The notes under the pieces are model-generated. The model made no database searches. It saw only the letters and a list, made by a program, of their open reading frames with translations, and had not been told where the DNA came from. Source: Candidatus Nomurabacteria bacterium (GTDB lineage Bacteria > Patescibacteriota > Minisyncoccia > Phycocordibacterales > UBA5272). Taken from it: DNA of 64,000 nt. Shown piece after piece: positions 1 through 9,980 of this stretch. The position numbers and the translations under genes were made by a program. The DNA lies in the NCBI GenBank assembly GCA_029288775.1, contig JARIGQ010000006.1:64120-128119 (forward strand). The letters are read 5' to 3'. Numbering within the stretch: the first letter of the stretch is position 1; the number at the start of each line of letters is the position of its first letter.

Positions 1-21
1 ACCAGGTATACTGGCCTTTAT

Positions 22-789
22 ATGAAAATGCTCACGAAACATGCAAGTAAAGTCCCTGCGGTGACACTTGGATTTTGGATTATTAAAATTTTATGTACCA
101 CCCTTGGTGAAACAGGGGGAGATGCAGTTACGATGACATGGAATTTCGGGTATCTTCTTGGAAGTGTCTTTTTCTTGATGATGCTTATTGTTTTGGTTGT
201 CTTTCAGACCAAGGCAGAAAAGTATCACCCTTGGCTTTACTGGGCAACCATTATTGCATCTACGACCGCAGGCACAACCATGGCAGATTTTTTTGATAGA
301 TCTTTAGGTATTGGTTATACCGGAGGCTCTCTTATTCTTGTGTCTTGTGTGCTTGTCACACTTTTAGTATGGAAATGGGCTGCGGGAACGATCTCCGTCG
401 ATACGGTAACTACACCGAAGGTAGAAATCTTCTATTGGATTGCAATTACCTTTTCTCAGACCCTTGGTACAGCTCTTGGAGATTGGATGGCTGATACAAA
501 TGATTTTGGTTATTTGAAAGCAGCATTAGTATTTGGTGCTGCACTCCTTGTACTTGTTGCTTTATATTATTGGACATCTATTTCTCACGTGTGGCTATTT
601 TGGACGGCGTTTATCCTTACTCGGCCACTTGGAGCCACTATAGGTGATTTTTTGGATAAGCCGATTGCTCACGGCGGCTTAAATATCAGTCGACCTATGG
701 CCTCCCTTGTACTTATGGTTGCAGTGGGGCTGCTTATAGCCACTCTACCTCAAAAGGCAACTCAAGCGAGGGTTGGCTACGCAAGTTAA
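22..789 (+). CDS. polytopic membrane protein with internal repeats (GETGGD / LGTALGDW / LGATIGDF)
   Basis: 255-aa ORF, multiple hydrophobic segments, repeated G-D-containing motifs; no recognised catalytic motif. Confidence 0.45.
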   Translation: MKMLTKHASKVPAVTLGFWIIKILCTTLGETGGDAVTMTWNFGYLLGSVFFLMMLIVLVVFQTKAEKYHPWLYWATIIASTTAGTTMADFFDRSLGIGYTGGSLILVSCVLVTLLVWKWAAGTISVDTVTTPKVEIFYWIAITFSQTLGTALGDWMADTNDFGYLKAALVFGAALLVLVALYYWTSISHVWLFWTAFILTRPLGATIGDFLDKPIAHGGLNISRPMASLVLMVAVGLLIATLPQKATQARVGYAS

Positions 790-840
790 AGATACCTCGA
801 AGCTTTTTGAGGTCAAGGTAGCCTTGCTACACTACCTAGT

Positions 841-1503
841 ATGGTACTTTCTCCGTCCGATACTGTATTCGTTGCAACTAAGCACAAAAAAGAACAGATC
901 GTTAAACCGCTTTTTGAGCGGGAATTTGGCTGTCATGTTGATGTACTGGAAATAGATACCGATGCATATGGAACATTTACTGGAGAAAAGAAACGAAGAG
1001 GTGCACAGATGGACATTGCCAAAAAGAAAGCGTTTGATGCAGCACGACGATTTGGTAAGAGATTCGTGCTTGCAAGCGAAGGGTCCTTTTTTCCTGACCC
1101 AAACTCATTCGGATTTCTCATTCTTAATGTTGAAGTTGTAGTCCTTTATGATGCACATGCCGACTACTTTTATATAGGAGAGCATGTGACACATGATGTC
1201 TGTGCAAAGAAATCCGATATACGTTCTTTGAATGATTTTTATACTTTTATAAAAGATATGCCCCAGGACCAGCAATATATTCTTTCCTATCGCACTCTTT
1301 TCCTTCTAGGAAAAAAAGTTTTTATCAAGCATGCATTAGTTCAGCAAGTACCGGAAATACTTACATCATTGCTTTCTAGGCGTGGCGTTATGAATATTGT
1401 CATAGAAACAGATATGCGTGCCCATCGCAATGCGCTTAGGAAGCACGCCATTCAAAAGGCGACCGAAAAACTGATTGAACATCTCCGCACAGTTAGCGCA
1501 TAA
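841..1503 (+). CDS. hypothetical protein
   Basis: 220-aa ORF, host-like AT-rich composition, no motif recognised. Confidence 0.4.
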   Translation: MVLSPSDTVFVATKHKKEQIVKPLFEREFGCHVDVLEIDTDAYGTFTGEKKRRGAQMDIAKKKAFDAARRFGKRFVLASEGSFFPDPNSFGFLILNVEVVVLYDAHADYFYIGEHVTHDVCAKKSDIRSLNDFYTFIKDMPQDQQYILSYRTLFLLGKKVFIKHALVQQVPEILTSLLSRRGVMNIVIETDMRAHRNALRKHAIQKATEKLIEHLRTVSA

Positions 1504-1517
1504 TTCTTTGTTATACT

Positions 1518-1871
1518 TTGTCTATGAACCCGATGTGTCCAACGTGCCATCTCCCCATTCTTCCGGAATATTATTTCTGCCCAAATTGTGGCACTAATCT
1601 TCGTCCTGCTCCGTTACCGATGACCTTCGTTACCCTTTTTTCACTCTATGCGCATAGTCTTATTCTCCCGTTTCTTGCTTTCATTACGATTTCTAAGTGG
1701 AAGGGGAGTATGTATCTCAAATCTGCTGATTCACAGGCTAAACGTGTAGGAATGATAGCTCTTGTCCTTCTCATTCTCTCCACTGTGGGTATGGTTTGGA
1801 GTACGTACGCATTAAGTAAATCACTATCTGCATCTTTAAATGAAACGCTCTCAGGGAGCCTTGATGAATAG
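1518..1871 (+). CDS. zinc-ribbon (CPTC...CPNC) membrane protein
   Basis: N-terminal CxxC-x14-CxxC followed by two hydrophobic helices. Confidence 0.4.
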   Translation: MSMNPMCPTCHLPILPEYYFCPNCGTNLRPAPLPMTFVTLFSLYAHSLILPFLAFITISKWKGSMYLKSADSQAKRVGMIALVLLILSTVGMVWSTYALSKSLSASLNETLSGSLDE

Positions 1872-1945
1872 TGTCACACATGTTCACCTACGCTGTTATT
1901 TAAAATAGGTAGCCTTCAGCTCCCTATAACTTATTCTCTACCATT

Positions 1946-2419
1946 ATGTTCAAATCTTCTTTGTTTATAGGTACAACGGTTGGGTTTCTTGCGCTTGTAG
2001 GGGTCGCTTCCGCTCAGACTATTGGTGCTGATATGCATCTTTCCATGACCACTTCTTCTTACCCTGCAATGGCAACATCTACTCAGGCGAAAATTTCTTG
2101 TGTCGGAACTGCGGTTGCTGCACGAGAAGCTACTCTTCAGTCAGCAATGACTACACATTCTCAAGCGGTAAATGCGGCGTATGCAGCGCGCGCAACTGCT
2201 CTTAGTCATGCCTATGCTGCAACTTCTACAGCAGAAGTTAACGCAGAAGTGAAAACTTCTTGGTCTACTTTTTCTGCTAGCATCAAATCTGCCCAGAAGG
2301 GTTGGCGTACCGCAAAGCAAAACGCATGGAGCACTTTCCGTAGTGCTTCCCACGCCTGCAAGGCACCTGCTTCTATAAGTGATGAAGCAAAGGCTGGTCT
2401 TGAGGTGATTAGTCAATAG
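1946..2419 (+). CDS. secreted Ala/Ser/Thr-rich protein
   Basis: signal-peptide-like N-terminus (FLALVGVASAQ), low-complexity Ala-rich body. Confidence 0.4.
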   Translation: MFKSSLFIGTTVGFLALVGVASAQTIGADMHLSMTTSSYPAMATSTQAKISCVGTAVAAREATLQSAMTTHSQAVNAAYAARATALSHAYAATSTAEVNAEVKTSWSTFSASIKSAQKGWRTAKQNAWSTFRSASHACKAPASISDEAKAGLEVISQ

Positions 2420-2465
2420 ACTTCTTCTCCAGAGAGAAAGTACAAAAGCGCCTCACGGCGCTTTT

Positions 2466-2747
2466 GTGTATACTTTGTATATGAACGAAACTACATGCCA
2501 TCATCTTACTCACATTCAGGATGTCACCCCAAAAACAAAAGGGTGTGAAGAATGTGAAAAAATAGGGGACACTTGGGTAGAACTTCGTTTATGTCTCAGC
2601 TGTGGCCATGTTGGCTGTTGTGATTCTTCTAAAAACAAGCATGCCACAAAACATTTCAAGGCAACCGGGCACCCAATTATGGAATCCTTTGGTGATAATC
2701 CTGGTAAACCGTGGAGATGGTGCTATATAGATGAACAACACGTATAA
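2466..2747 (+). CDS. UBP-type zinc-finger protein
   Basis: CEECEK...CLSCGHVGCCDSSKNKHATKHF...GHP pattern of zf-UBP. Confidence 0.6.
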   Translation: MYTLYMNETTCHHLTHIQDVTPKTKGCEECEKIGDTWVELRLCLSCGHVGCCDSSKNKHATKHFKATGHPIMESFGDNPGKPWRWCYIDEQHV

Positions 2748-2753
2748 ATAGAA

Positions 2754-3254
2754 ATGAATATTTTTCTCATTGTCGTTAGTCTTTACTTTCTGTATGCTGC
2801 TTCTACACCGTATGAATTTCATTTCATAGATGGTGCAAATCTTCTTATTCACGAAGGAGGCCATGCTGTGACGCGTCTTTTTGGAGAATTTATATGTGTG
2901 CTCTCGGGATCAGGATTTCAGGTGCTTGTTCCTCTTTTATTCTGCGGATATTTTTACATGCAACGAGAAAAAGTTGCAGCATGGATATGTTTACTGTGGG
3001 CTGGAGAAAGTTTACACAATGTGAGTATTTATGCAGGTGATGCGCAGACCATGGTACTTCCACTTGTAGGTGGAGATGGTACTTTCCATGATTGGAATTA
3101 TCTTCTCACAGTGACAGGCCTACTTCCTTATACGGATGTTGTAGCGCTTACTTTGCGATGTAGTGCGTGGATAGTCATCCTCGCCGCATGTACGATGGTG
3201 TGTTTATCTGCTTTTGAGGCACCTCTACCAAAGCCGGTAGAGCGCCCTTTTTAA
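2754..3254 (+). CDS. membrane protein, unknown function
   Basis: 166-aa hydrophobic ORF. Confidence 0.35.
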   Translation: MNIFLIVVSLYFLYAASTPYEFHFIDGANLLIHEGGHAVTRLFGEFICVLSGSGFQVLVPLLFCGYFYMQREKVAAWICLLWAGESLHNVSIYAGDAQTMVLPLVGGDGTFHDWNYLLTVTGLLPYTDVVALTLRCSAWIVILAACTMVCLSAFEAPLPKPVERPF

Positions 3255-3892
3255 AGAAGTTTTTTCCAAGTCTTACCAATGCTCATTCCTATCGCAGCGC
3301 CAATAAGTGCCCCGGCTATGAACTCAGAAAACCAGTGAATAGAAAACGATACCCCAATACCTACGTACAGAGCTAAAAGAAAAACCATTATTTTTAACCA
3401 CATGCGCTTAGTGGTTGTAATTACGGCAAATGCCATCGAGAATGCAACAGCTGTATGCGAGGAAGGCCATCCCCAAAATATTCCATGCTGAAGAAAGCCA
3501 AAATGGAATCCGTGGCTTCCATCAACAAGCAGATTGTGGCGATCTGGTTGAACACGACCAGTGAATGCTTTATAGAAAGAAGAAATAGCCCAACCCAAAA
3601 AGGCTGATTGGAGTATCATCCATCCGTATTCTTCTTTCATTTTCTGTTTACGGGCGGCTTCTATTCCAATAATGATAAAGGGCATGAGTATGGGGAGAAT
3701 AAATCCGCCACTTACTGCAAGGTGAAAGATTGAGGCGTACGGAAACGTCTGCATAAAAACAAAGTATTTCCAGTCAAAATCACTCCTGACAATAACGTAG
3801 GTAAGCATACATGCAAGCACCTGGAGCATCAGCAACTTACCACTATAGAATGTACGCAGAATATGAGGAATAGTTTTTAAAAAGTGCCGCAT
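3251..3892 (-). CDS. PAP2 family (phosphatidic acid phosphatase type 2) membrane phosphatase
   Basis: KxxxxxxRP-like, PSSHT and SFSIHWFSEF(I)AG motifs match the PAP2 C1/C2/C3 boxes; polytopic. Confidence 0.65.
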   Translation of the reverse strand: MRHFLKTIPHILRTFYSGKLLMLQVLACMLTYVIVRSDFDWKYFVFMQTFPYASIFHLAVSGGFILPILMPFIIIGIEAARKQKMKEEYGWMILQSAFLGWAISSFYKAFTGRVQPDRHNLLVDGSHGFHFGFLQHGIFWGWPSSHTAVAFSMAFAVITTTKRMWLKIMVFLLALYVGIGVSFSIHWFSEFIAGALIGAAIGMSIGKTWKKLL

Positions 3893-3903
3893 GGTAAGGA
3901 AAA

Positions 3904-4584
3904 GTGATAAGGTGTATAGTTACTAGACAGTATATGGAAAATCTTCTCAAGAAGCACGTTATCTTTTGGACGGACCGGAAGATTATTTTTCACCTCATCG
4001 TTTCCTTGGTTCTATTTGCTCTCAGCCTTTTATTTACCTATGTAGCAACCTACATGACTCGATCGTATGTTGGATATGTAGTACCCGATATATTACTGGA
4101 TAATCTTCCCGTTTTTAATGTCAGTATTATTTTCTTCCAAGCCGCCTTTTTATTTGTTCTTATCCTTGTCGGTATTTTATTGTATGAACCTGCTTTTATT
4201 CCTTTTACATTGGAAAGTACTGCGCTCTTCTTTCTTGTGCGGTCTATCTTTATGGTAATGACGCATCTGACGGCACCGAATGTTGAGTATTATAACTACG
4301 TCGAGCATGAACATCATACTAAGGAAGTTCTCTTTACTATTAGTTCAGGAAATGATCTTTTCTTTTCTGGTCACGCTGGGTATCCGTTTTTACTAGCTTT
4401 TATATTCTGGAGAATAAAAAAGCTTCGCTTATTTTTTCTTATATGTTCCATACTCGGGGGAACTACTGTTATTTTGGGGCACCTTCACTACTCCATTGAT
4501 GTCTTTTCCGCGTTTTTCATCGCATTTGGAGTACATGAGATAAGTAAAAAGTGGTTTAAGCATGAATATGCACTCATGAAGTAG
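3904..4584 (+). CDS. PAP2_C / sphingomyelin-synthase-like phosphotransferase
   Basis: FFSGHAGY and HYSIDVF motifs (SGH + HYxxDV) in a 6-TM protein. Confidence 0.55.
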   Translation: MIRCIVTRQYMENLLKKHVIFWTDRKIIFHLIVSLVLFALSLLFTYVATYMTRSYVGYVVPDILLDNLPVFNVSIIFFQAAFLFVLILVGILLYEPAFIPFTLESTALFFLVRSIFMVMTHLTAPNVEYYNYVEHEHHTKEVLFTISSGNDLFFSGHAGYPFLLAFIFWRIKKLRLFFLICSILGGTTVILGHLHYSIDVFSAFFIAFGVHEISKKWFKHEYALMK

Positions 4585-4588
4585 TACT

Positions 4589-5167
4589 ATGAATATTGCT
4601 GCTCTTCTCCTCAAGTATAAATATGCCATTCTTATTCCACTTTCTATTCCTTTTGGTCCAGAAGTGAATCTCCCTGCTTCCTTTTTTGCTTCCTTGGGAT
4701 ACTTCAACGTATATGTGGTTTATATAATTGTTGTGATAGGGGATGTGATAGGGGATGGATTGTGGTACTGGGTGGCCCGTGTAGGTAGATCGCATTTTAT
4801 GACGAGTGTTGGTAGTCGATTAGGTCTTAGTGAGGAAAGAATTAAAACAGCCGAGAAGAATATCAATGCTCATTTTTATAAAACCATGTTTTTGGGAAAA
4901 CTTACTAATATTGTGATGCTCCCCATAATCGTGACCTGTGGATTACTTAGAGTGGATTATAGAAAATTTCTTTTAACTGCACTAGTACTAGATATTGTCA
5001 AAGATTGTATATTTACTTTTATTGGGTATTATTTTGGATCTTCATACAAGATTATTATTGCCCATGTTAATAACTTTTCTATTGTGGCTACTTTATTTGT
5101 GGCACTCTTTATTTTGTTACTAGTTGCAATACAAAACTTCAGGAAACGTTTTTCAAGTGTTATATGA
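4589..5167 (+). CDS. DedA/VTT-domain membrane protein
   Basis: LIPLSIPFGPEVNLPASFFAS...GDVIGD...WYWVAR pattern typical of the DedA (SNARE-associated) family. Confidence 0.6.
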   Translation: MNIAALLLKYKYAILIPLSIPFGPEVNLPASFFASLGYFNVYVVYIIVVIGDVIGDGLWYWVARVGRSHFMTSVGSRLGLSEERIKTAEKNINAHFYKTMFLGKLTNIVMLPIIVTCGLLRVDYRKFLLTALVLDIVKDCIFTFIGYYFGSSYKIIIAHVNNFSIVATLFVALFILLLVAIQNFRKRFSSVI

Positions 5168-6264
5168 AAAAGATTGCATTTAATTGGGATTATTTTTATC
5201 CCGTTTATAAGGAAGGAGCGCTTGTTAAGAAAATTGAAAAAAGAATTCAAAGAATTTCATGTAGTAATAAGCGTGTACTTATTATTGTTCCCGCTCTTGT
5301 GGGTGATTTTGTAGCCACTGTTCCTGCTATTTTTGACTACATTGAAAGGAATTCAGAAGAGCATGTAGATCTTATTGTGACTCCTCTTCTTAAAAACCTT
5401 GCCGCAAAAATACGAGGCGTTCAGCATGTGTATGGGGCAAAATCTGTCGCTGAAAGAGAAGGAGAAAATTATGTACCAGATCTCCTTACGCCGGTAGCAT
5501 ATGAAAAAATCATTATTTTGCGCGCCAGTGCAAGTGTACTTAATTCAGTGGCGCCTCACTTGATGGCAGAAAAGGTAGTAACATTTAATTGGATGGTATT
5601 TACATACGGTGTGATTGAATTGTTTTTAAAAAATATTGTTCGCAAAAAGCCAAAGCAATGGAAAGATTTTTGTTTTGAGCTTTTAGGAGGAGTAAAAAGA
5701 AAAATTCCTTTTGAAAAAATGTTTACTATTTCTCATTCTGATTATGAATCCATACTAGCTTTAAATCTTCGCAAGGAAATTAAAAAGATAGTTATTCACA
5801 CTGGCGCAAGTTGGCATATGATGAGATGGGAGAATGATCGCTGGGTGGAGCTCTTAAAAAAGATTCATGAGTCAGGAGAGTATCACTTTATTTTTATAGG
5901 TTCACAAAAGGATATCGCAGACTATGAATATATTAGTTCTCGACTTCCCTTTGAGACAACTTCCTATATTTCTAAAGTTGATTTATGGATGCTTACACTT
6001 CTTTTTACTAAAATGGATTATTTTTTAGGTATCGATAGTGGACCAGGGAACATTGCTCATCTTGTGGGCTTGCGTAGCATTATCATCTATGGTCCGGGTC
6101 CTCATACCTTTATGTCGGATGACGAGCATGATGTTGTACTAGACAAATCTAGAGGAAGAGGATTATATCAACGCTTTTTTGTAAAAAAGAAAGGATTCAT
6201 TCACAAAATAACTTCAGACGAAGTTTTTGATTCTTTCAAAAATTGTAAACCAAAGAACATATAA
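5164..6264 (+). CDS. glycosyltransferase family 9 (heptosyltransferase-like)
   Basis: VLIIVPALVGDFV... and C-terminal IGSQKD...GIDSGPGNIAHLVG...IIIYGPG pattern of GT9. Confidence 0.6.
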   Translation: MKKIAFNWDYFYPVYKEGALVKKIEKRIQRISCSNKRVLIIVPALVGDFVATVPAIFDYIERNSEEHVDLIVTPLLKNLAAKIRGVQHVYGAKSVAEREGENYVPDLLTPVAYEKIIILRASASVLNSVAPHLMAEKVVTFNWMVFTYGVIELFLKNIVRKKPKQWKDFCFELLGGVKRKIPFEKMFTISHSDYESILALNLRKEIKKIVIHTGASWHMMRWENDRWVELLKKIHESGEYHFIFIGSQKDIADYEYISSRLPFETTSYISKVDLWMLTLLFTKMDYFLGIDSGPGNIAHLVGLRSIIIYGPGPHTFMSDDEHDVVLDKSRGRGLYQRFFVKKKGFIHKITSDEVFDSFKNCKPKNI

Positions 6265-6312
6265 AAAAGATACATTATCTTCAACTCCTCTTATTATCCA
6301 AGTAAGAAAAAA

Positions 6313-6642
6313 TTAGAGATGTTTTTCTCCAAAGGTTCTCATATCTTCTATAAGCCGCTGTAGTTTTTTGCCTTCTTTTGTTAATGCATATTCCACACGG
6401 GGAGGCTTTTCTTTGAATTCTTCTCGCGTAATAAGATGGTGTTCTTCTAAAACTTTAAGCTTATTTGCAATAGTGCGTGAAGAAATAGGGGAAAGGGAGG
6501 CGGTAAGTTCGCCGAATCGTTGAGTACCCGTAAGTAAGTCCCGCACAATAAGCAGGGTACAAGGATCGCCTAAAAGTTCCGCAACGCGGGCAATGGGACA
6601 TATATCGGTATCGTGCTTCTGCATGTGCACAGTATATAACAC
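6313..6642 (-). CDS. HxlR-family winged-helix transcriptional regulator
   Basis: CPIARVAELLGDPCTLLIVRDLLTGTQRFGEL...RTIANKLKVLEEHHLITRE...EYALTKEG is the canonical HxlR signature. Confidence 0.8.
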   Translation of the reverse strand: MLYTVHMQKHDTDICPIARVAELLGDPCTLLIVRDLLTGTQRFGELTASLSPISSRTIANKLKVLEEHHLITREEFKEKPPRVEYALTKEGKKLQRLIEDMRTFGEKHL

Positions 6643-6693
6643 TTTACAAAGTAAAGTAACTAATTTACACTGAACCTATTACTTACTTTAATT

Positions 6694-7233
6694 TTGGAAA
6701 CTATGAAAACTTTTATTGCATTTTCGGGAAGTTTGCGAAAAGACTCGTTCAACACCAACCTTTTAAAAGCTGCTCAGGAGCTTGCTCCCGAAGGAGTAAC
6801 GATTGAAATGGTAGATATTTCTACCTTTCCACTTTATAACCAGGATGAGGAAGGAACATATCCTGCTCAGGTGCAAGCGGTAAAAGATAAAGTGCTTGCC
6901 GCGGATGGAATTATTTTTGCAACTCCTGAATACAATCGCTCTATTCCGGGTGTGCTTAAAAATGCCATTGACTGGATTTCACGCCCATATGGCACGAATC
7001 CGTTTGCAGGGAAACCAACGCTGATTATGAGTGCTTCCGGGGGGCCGCTTTCGGGCGCGCTTGGTAACTATCATCTTAAGCAAGTGATGCTTTATTTGGA
7101 TGCGCACATTCTTGGCCAACCGGAGTTTTTCCTAGGCGGAGCCGGAAGCAAATTCGGTTCAGATGGGAAACTTACCGATGAAGATACCAAGGCTCATATC
7201 ACAAAGGCTCTGCAAGCTCTTATCAATCGATAA
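6694..7233 (+). CDS. NAD(P)H-dependent FMN reductase
   Basis: FSGSLRKDSFNTNLL...ATPEYNRSIPGVLKNAIDW; divergent from the HxlR regulator, a classic pairing. Confidence 0.75.
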   Translation: METMKTFIAFSGSLRKDSFNTNLLKAAQELAPEGVTIEMVDISTFPLYNQDEEGTYPAQVQAVKDKVLAADGIIFATPEYNRSIPGVLKNAIDWISRPYGTNPFAGKPTLIMSASGGPLSGALGNYHLKQVMLYLDAHILGQPEFFLGGAGSKFGSDGKLTDEDTKAHITKALQALINR

Positions 7234-7295
7234 GCCGACACAAAGCTAAAAAGCAGTCCAAGTGGGCTGCTTTTTGCAATGGTATACTCGATTGC

Positions 7296-7745
7296 ATGTA
7301 CGAGAACCCTATCTGTTTTTATGAGCATGAATATTATGTCTTTTCAAATTTCTCATCTTTTATGCTTTCGTGGAAAGGGAAAGACTATATGACCTCTGAA
7401 CACGTATACCACTCAGAGCGATTCAATGAAGAGGAAAGAAAGGAAGCTATACGTTCTAGGCGATCAGCCCACGATGCATATACCTATGCTCAGGAACATA
7501 AACCTCTTCAGCGATCTGATTGGAATGAGATTAAGGTATCTGTCATGAAAGAGATTCTCCGCGAAAAGGTGAAACAGCATCCGTATGTGCTTAAGAAACT
7601 TTTGGAGTCTGTAGATCGGCCTTTGGTGGAAGATTCCTGGCGTGATGATTTTTGGGGTTGGGGACCCAATAAAGATGGTGTCAACATGCTTGGAAAACTG
7701 TGGATGGAAGTTCGTGATGAAATACGCGCCGAGGAGCACTTGTAA
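7296..7745 (+). CDS. NADAR (YbiA-like, DUF1768) domain protein
   Basis: FYEHEYYVFSNFS...SEHVYHSERF...DFWGWGPNKDGVNMLGKLWMEVR matches the NADAR fold signature. Confidence 0.65.
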   Translation: MYENPICFYEHEYYVFSNFSSFMLSWKGKDYMTSEHVYHSERFNEEERKEAIRSRRSAHDAYTYAQEHKPLQRSDWNEIKVSVMKEILREKVKQHPYVLKKLLESVDRPLVEDSWRDDFWGWGPNKDGVNMLGKLWMEVRDEIRAEEHL

Positions 7746-7750
7746 GCAGT

Positions 7751-8143
7751 ATGAAAGATTCTTCGCTTCCTCAAATACATATCGATAAATATCCAAAACT
7801 CGTAAAAGAGGGAGTGTTTATTTTAGATGATGAAGTCTGGAGTACTCAGAAGCGCATCGCCCGCATTTACGGCCGCAGTATTCCGACCATCAATGATCAC
7901 TTAAAAAAGATTTATAAAGAAAAAGAATTGATGCGAGGAAAAAGTGAGCGTGAGCTTATGATTACCCAAACAGAAGGTAAGAAAAAAGTATCACGAAAAG
8001 TGTTTGTATATAACACTGACGTTGTTATTGCTATCGGGTTTCGCGTGAAAGGAGAGTGGGGGAAGGAATTTCGTATCTGGGCACGAGAAATTGTTCGCGC
8101 AAGCTATGACCCTAAAGATCAGATCAAGCATTTGATGAAGTAA
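7751..8143 (+). CDS. RhuM-family protein, N-terminal half only (truncated)
   Basis: VVIAIGFRVKGEWGKEFRIWAREIV matches the RhuM N-terminal region; the ORF stops at about 130 aa where full-length members are about 330 aa. Confidence 0.5.
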   Translation: MKDSSLPQIHIDKYPKLVKEGVFILDDEVWSTQKRIARIYGRSIPTINDHLKKIYKEKELMRGKSERELMITQTEGKKKVSRKVFVYNTDVVIAIGFRVKGEWGKEFRIWAREIVRASYDPKDQIKHLMK

Positions 8144-8146
8144 GCT

Positions 8147-9718
8147 TTACAAAAAGGTGCGTATCGCGTGCTTAAGTAAAAATTCTTTCTGAATAGCAAT
8201 TTTCTTTCCAGGGTTAAAGATACCTGCTGGATCCCATGCCGCTTTAAGCTTCTTGAATACTTCTCGAGTTGCTTCATTGAACACAAATGGGAGAGCGGTG
8301 GTACGCTCTAAACCATCACCACCAACTGCACTTATTCCGCCTTTAAAGTGGGCAACAATACCACAGACCAACTCGCGAAATTCCTGCAAATCACGTTCAA
8401 AGGTTTGGCTTTTGCCATCAAAGGAGGCGGTAAGTGCTATGTGTCCGCTCCCGGCATATCCCGATAAGGTATACAGAAGTCCGGACTTAAGGAGTGCTTC
8501 ATCGAGTGCTTGTATGCAGGCGCTATAGCTATGAATGGGAACAATCAATCCTTCCGCTGAAGTAGCTATCATGTGAGCACCTTTGGTGTAGGTGGTAAAA
8601 AGGCTGTGAAGAAAAGTGTGTGAGGAGAGCTTATAGACATTTTTTTCTGGAATAGCGTATTCTTCGCACGGAAAAGGAAGTGCTTTAAGGAACATTTTAC
8701 CTTTTTTGGAAGCCTGTTCCGCATCAGTATCTTGGAATGTGGTCAAAAGATAGTAAGGGGTTTCGGGTATTTCTGGACGCAAAAGAAGCGGGTGGAATGT
8801 ATCCGTCATATGTCTGAAGGCATGGTCAAACATATACAACGCCTCTGCGTGATGATGCTTTGCGATGGTAACGGATGTTTCCAGGAGTGAATTTTCGGGG
8901 ATGGTAATAAGAAGGGTGTGGTTGTGTGGTTTTCGTGGCACTACGCGAAATGTAACGGAAGTAATGACAGCAAGAGTTCCTTCACTTCCTACTAATTGAT
9001 CTAAAAGCTGACGCGGCCCAATCGAAGTATTCCAGAGTGAATATCCGGTGGCGTCATCACTTTGTTCCCGTCGAGCCGCGCGAAGAGTTGGGCCGTGCTC
9101 AGAAAGGAGAGGGAATATCGATTGATAGATTCCCAAAAGGCGACCGCTGGGAGTGATGCCGTCTTTAATTGCATGTTCTTCACCTGAGTCGACAACTATT
9201 GTCATTCCTTCTATCCATTCACGAATGGTTCCTGCATAGAATGTACTTCGTGTAGCACTTTTGGTAGCCACAAGTCCTCCAACAGTTGCTCGACTGTCTT
9301 CGGGTTGAAGTACTGGTATTTCCAAATTCCATCCCGCAAGTTTTAATCGAAGCTCGTCGATGGTTACTCCCGCATCAACGGTAACCGTGTGATCCATCAT
9401 ATTAACGTGTCTAATATGAGAAAAATAGCGGGTCATGTCGAGAATAATTCCTTCGCCAAGCGCCCCACCGGATGCCGCAGTTATCCCGCCACACACAGTA
9501 AGGGGAATGCTATATTCTTTCGCAAAGGCGATGACATGCTTGATATCGCTTGTCGTCTTTGGGTAAATAACTGCCTGTGGACGAACTTGATATGGTGAAC
9601 CGTCTGTCGCATGCGCTTGAAGGGAGAGCTGTGAGCAATCTATGTCTCCAGAAATAATATTCGCAACATGCGAAAAAAGGGGCGGCACGCCAGAAAACAT
9701 ACTAGAGACCGTTCGCAT
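8147..9718 (-). CDS. FAD-linked oxidase (FAD_binding_4; GlcD / D-lactate dehydrogenase-like)
   Basis: PKTTSDIKHVIAFAKEYSIPLTVCGGITAASGGALGEGIILDM... FAD-binding PCMH domain and C-terminal oxidase domain. Confidence 0.65.
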   Translation of the reverse strand: MRTVSSMFSGVPPLFSHVANIISGDIDCSQLSLQAHATDGSPYQVRPQAVIYPKTTSDIKHVIAFAKEYSIPLTVCGGITAASGGALGEGIILDMTRYFSHIRHVNMMDHTVTVDAGVTIDELRLKLAGWNLEIPVLQPEDSRATVGGLVATKSATRSTFYAGTIREWIEGMTIVVDSGEEHAIKDGITPSGRLLGIYQSIFPLLSEHGPTLRAARREQSDDATGYSLWNTSIGPRQLLDQLVGSEGTLAVITSVTFRVVPRKPHNHTLLITIPENSLLETSVTIAKHHHAEALYMFDHAFRHMTDTFHPLLLRPEIPETPYYLLTTFQDTDAEQASKKGKMFLKALPFPCEEYAIPEKNVYKLSSHTFLHSLFTTYTKGAHMIATSAEGLIVPIHSYSACIQALDEALLKSGLLYTLSGYAGSGHIALTASFDGKSQTFERDLQEFRELVCGIVAHFKGGISAVGGDGLERTTALPFVFNEATREVFKKLKAAWDPAGIFNPGKKIAIQKEFLLKHAIRTFL

Positions 9719-9980
9719 AAATACTTTGGCCGTTGTAATAGAGAAGGAAGAAAGCTATGCACAGGAAAAAAATAATACACAAAGCAAAGAAAAGCCGTCT
9801 GAAGGCGATATAAGATGGGGTTTCTGAAGGGGAGATGTCATTCATAGATTCATTCTTCATGTTCTTTTTAGTATAGCCTATAAAAGGTATCCTTTTTCTT
9901 TAAACCTGTCCACAGCAAATGCTTCAAAAGAAGAGCTATACTATGCGTATACAAGTAATCATAATTAATAACTACTACGC

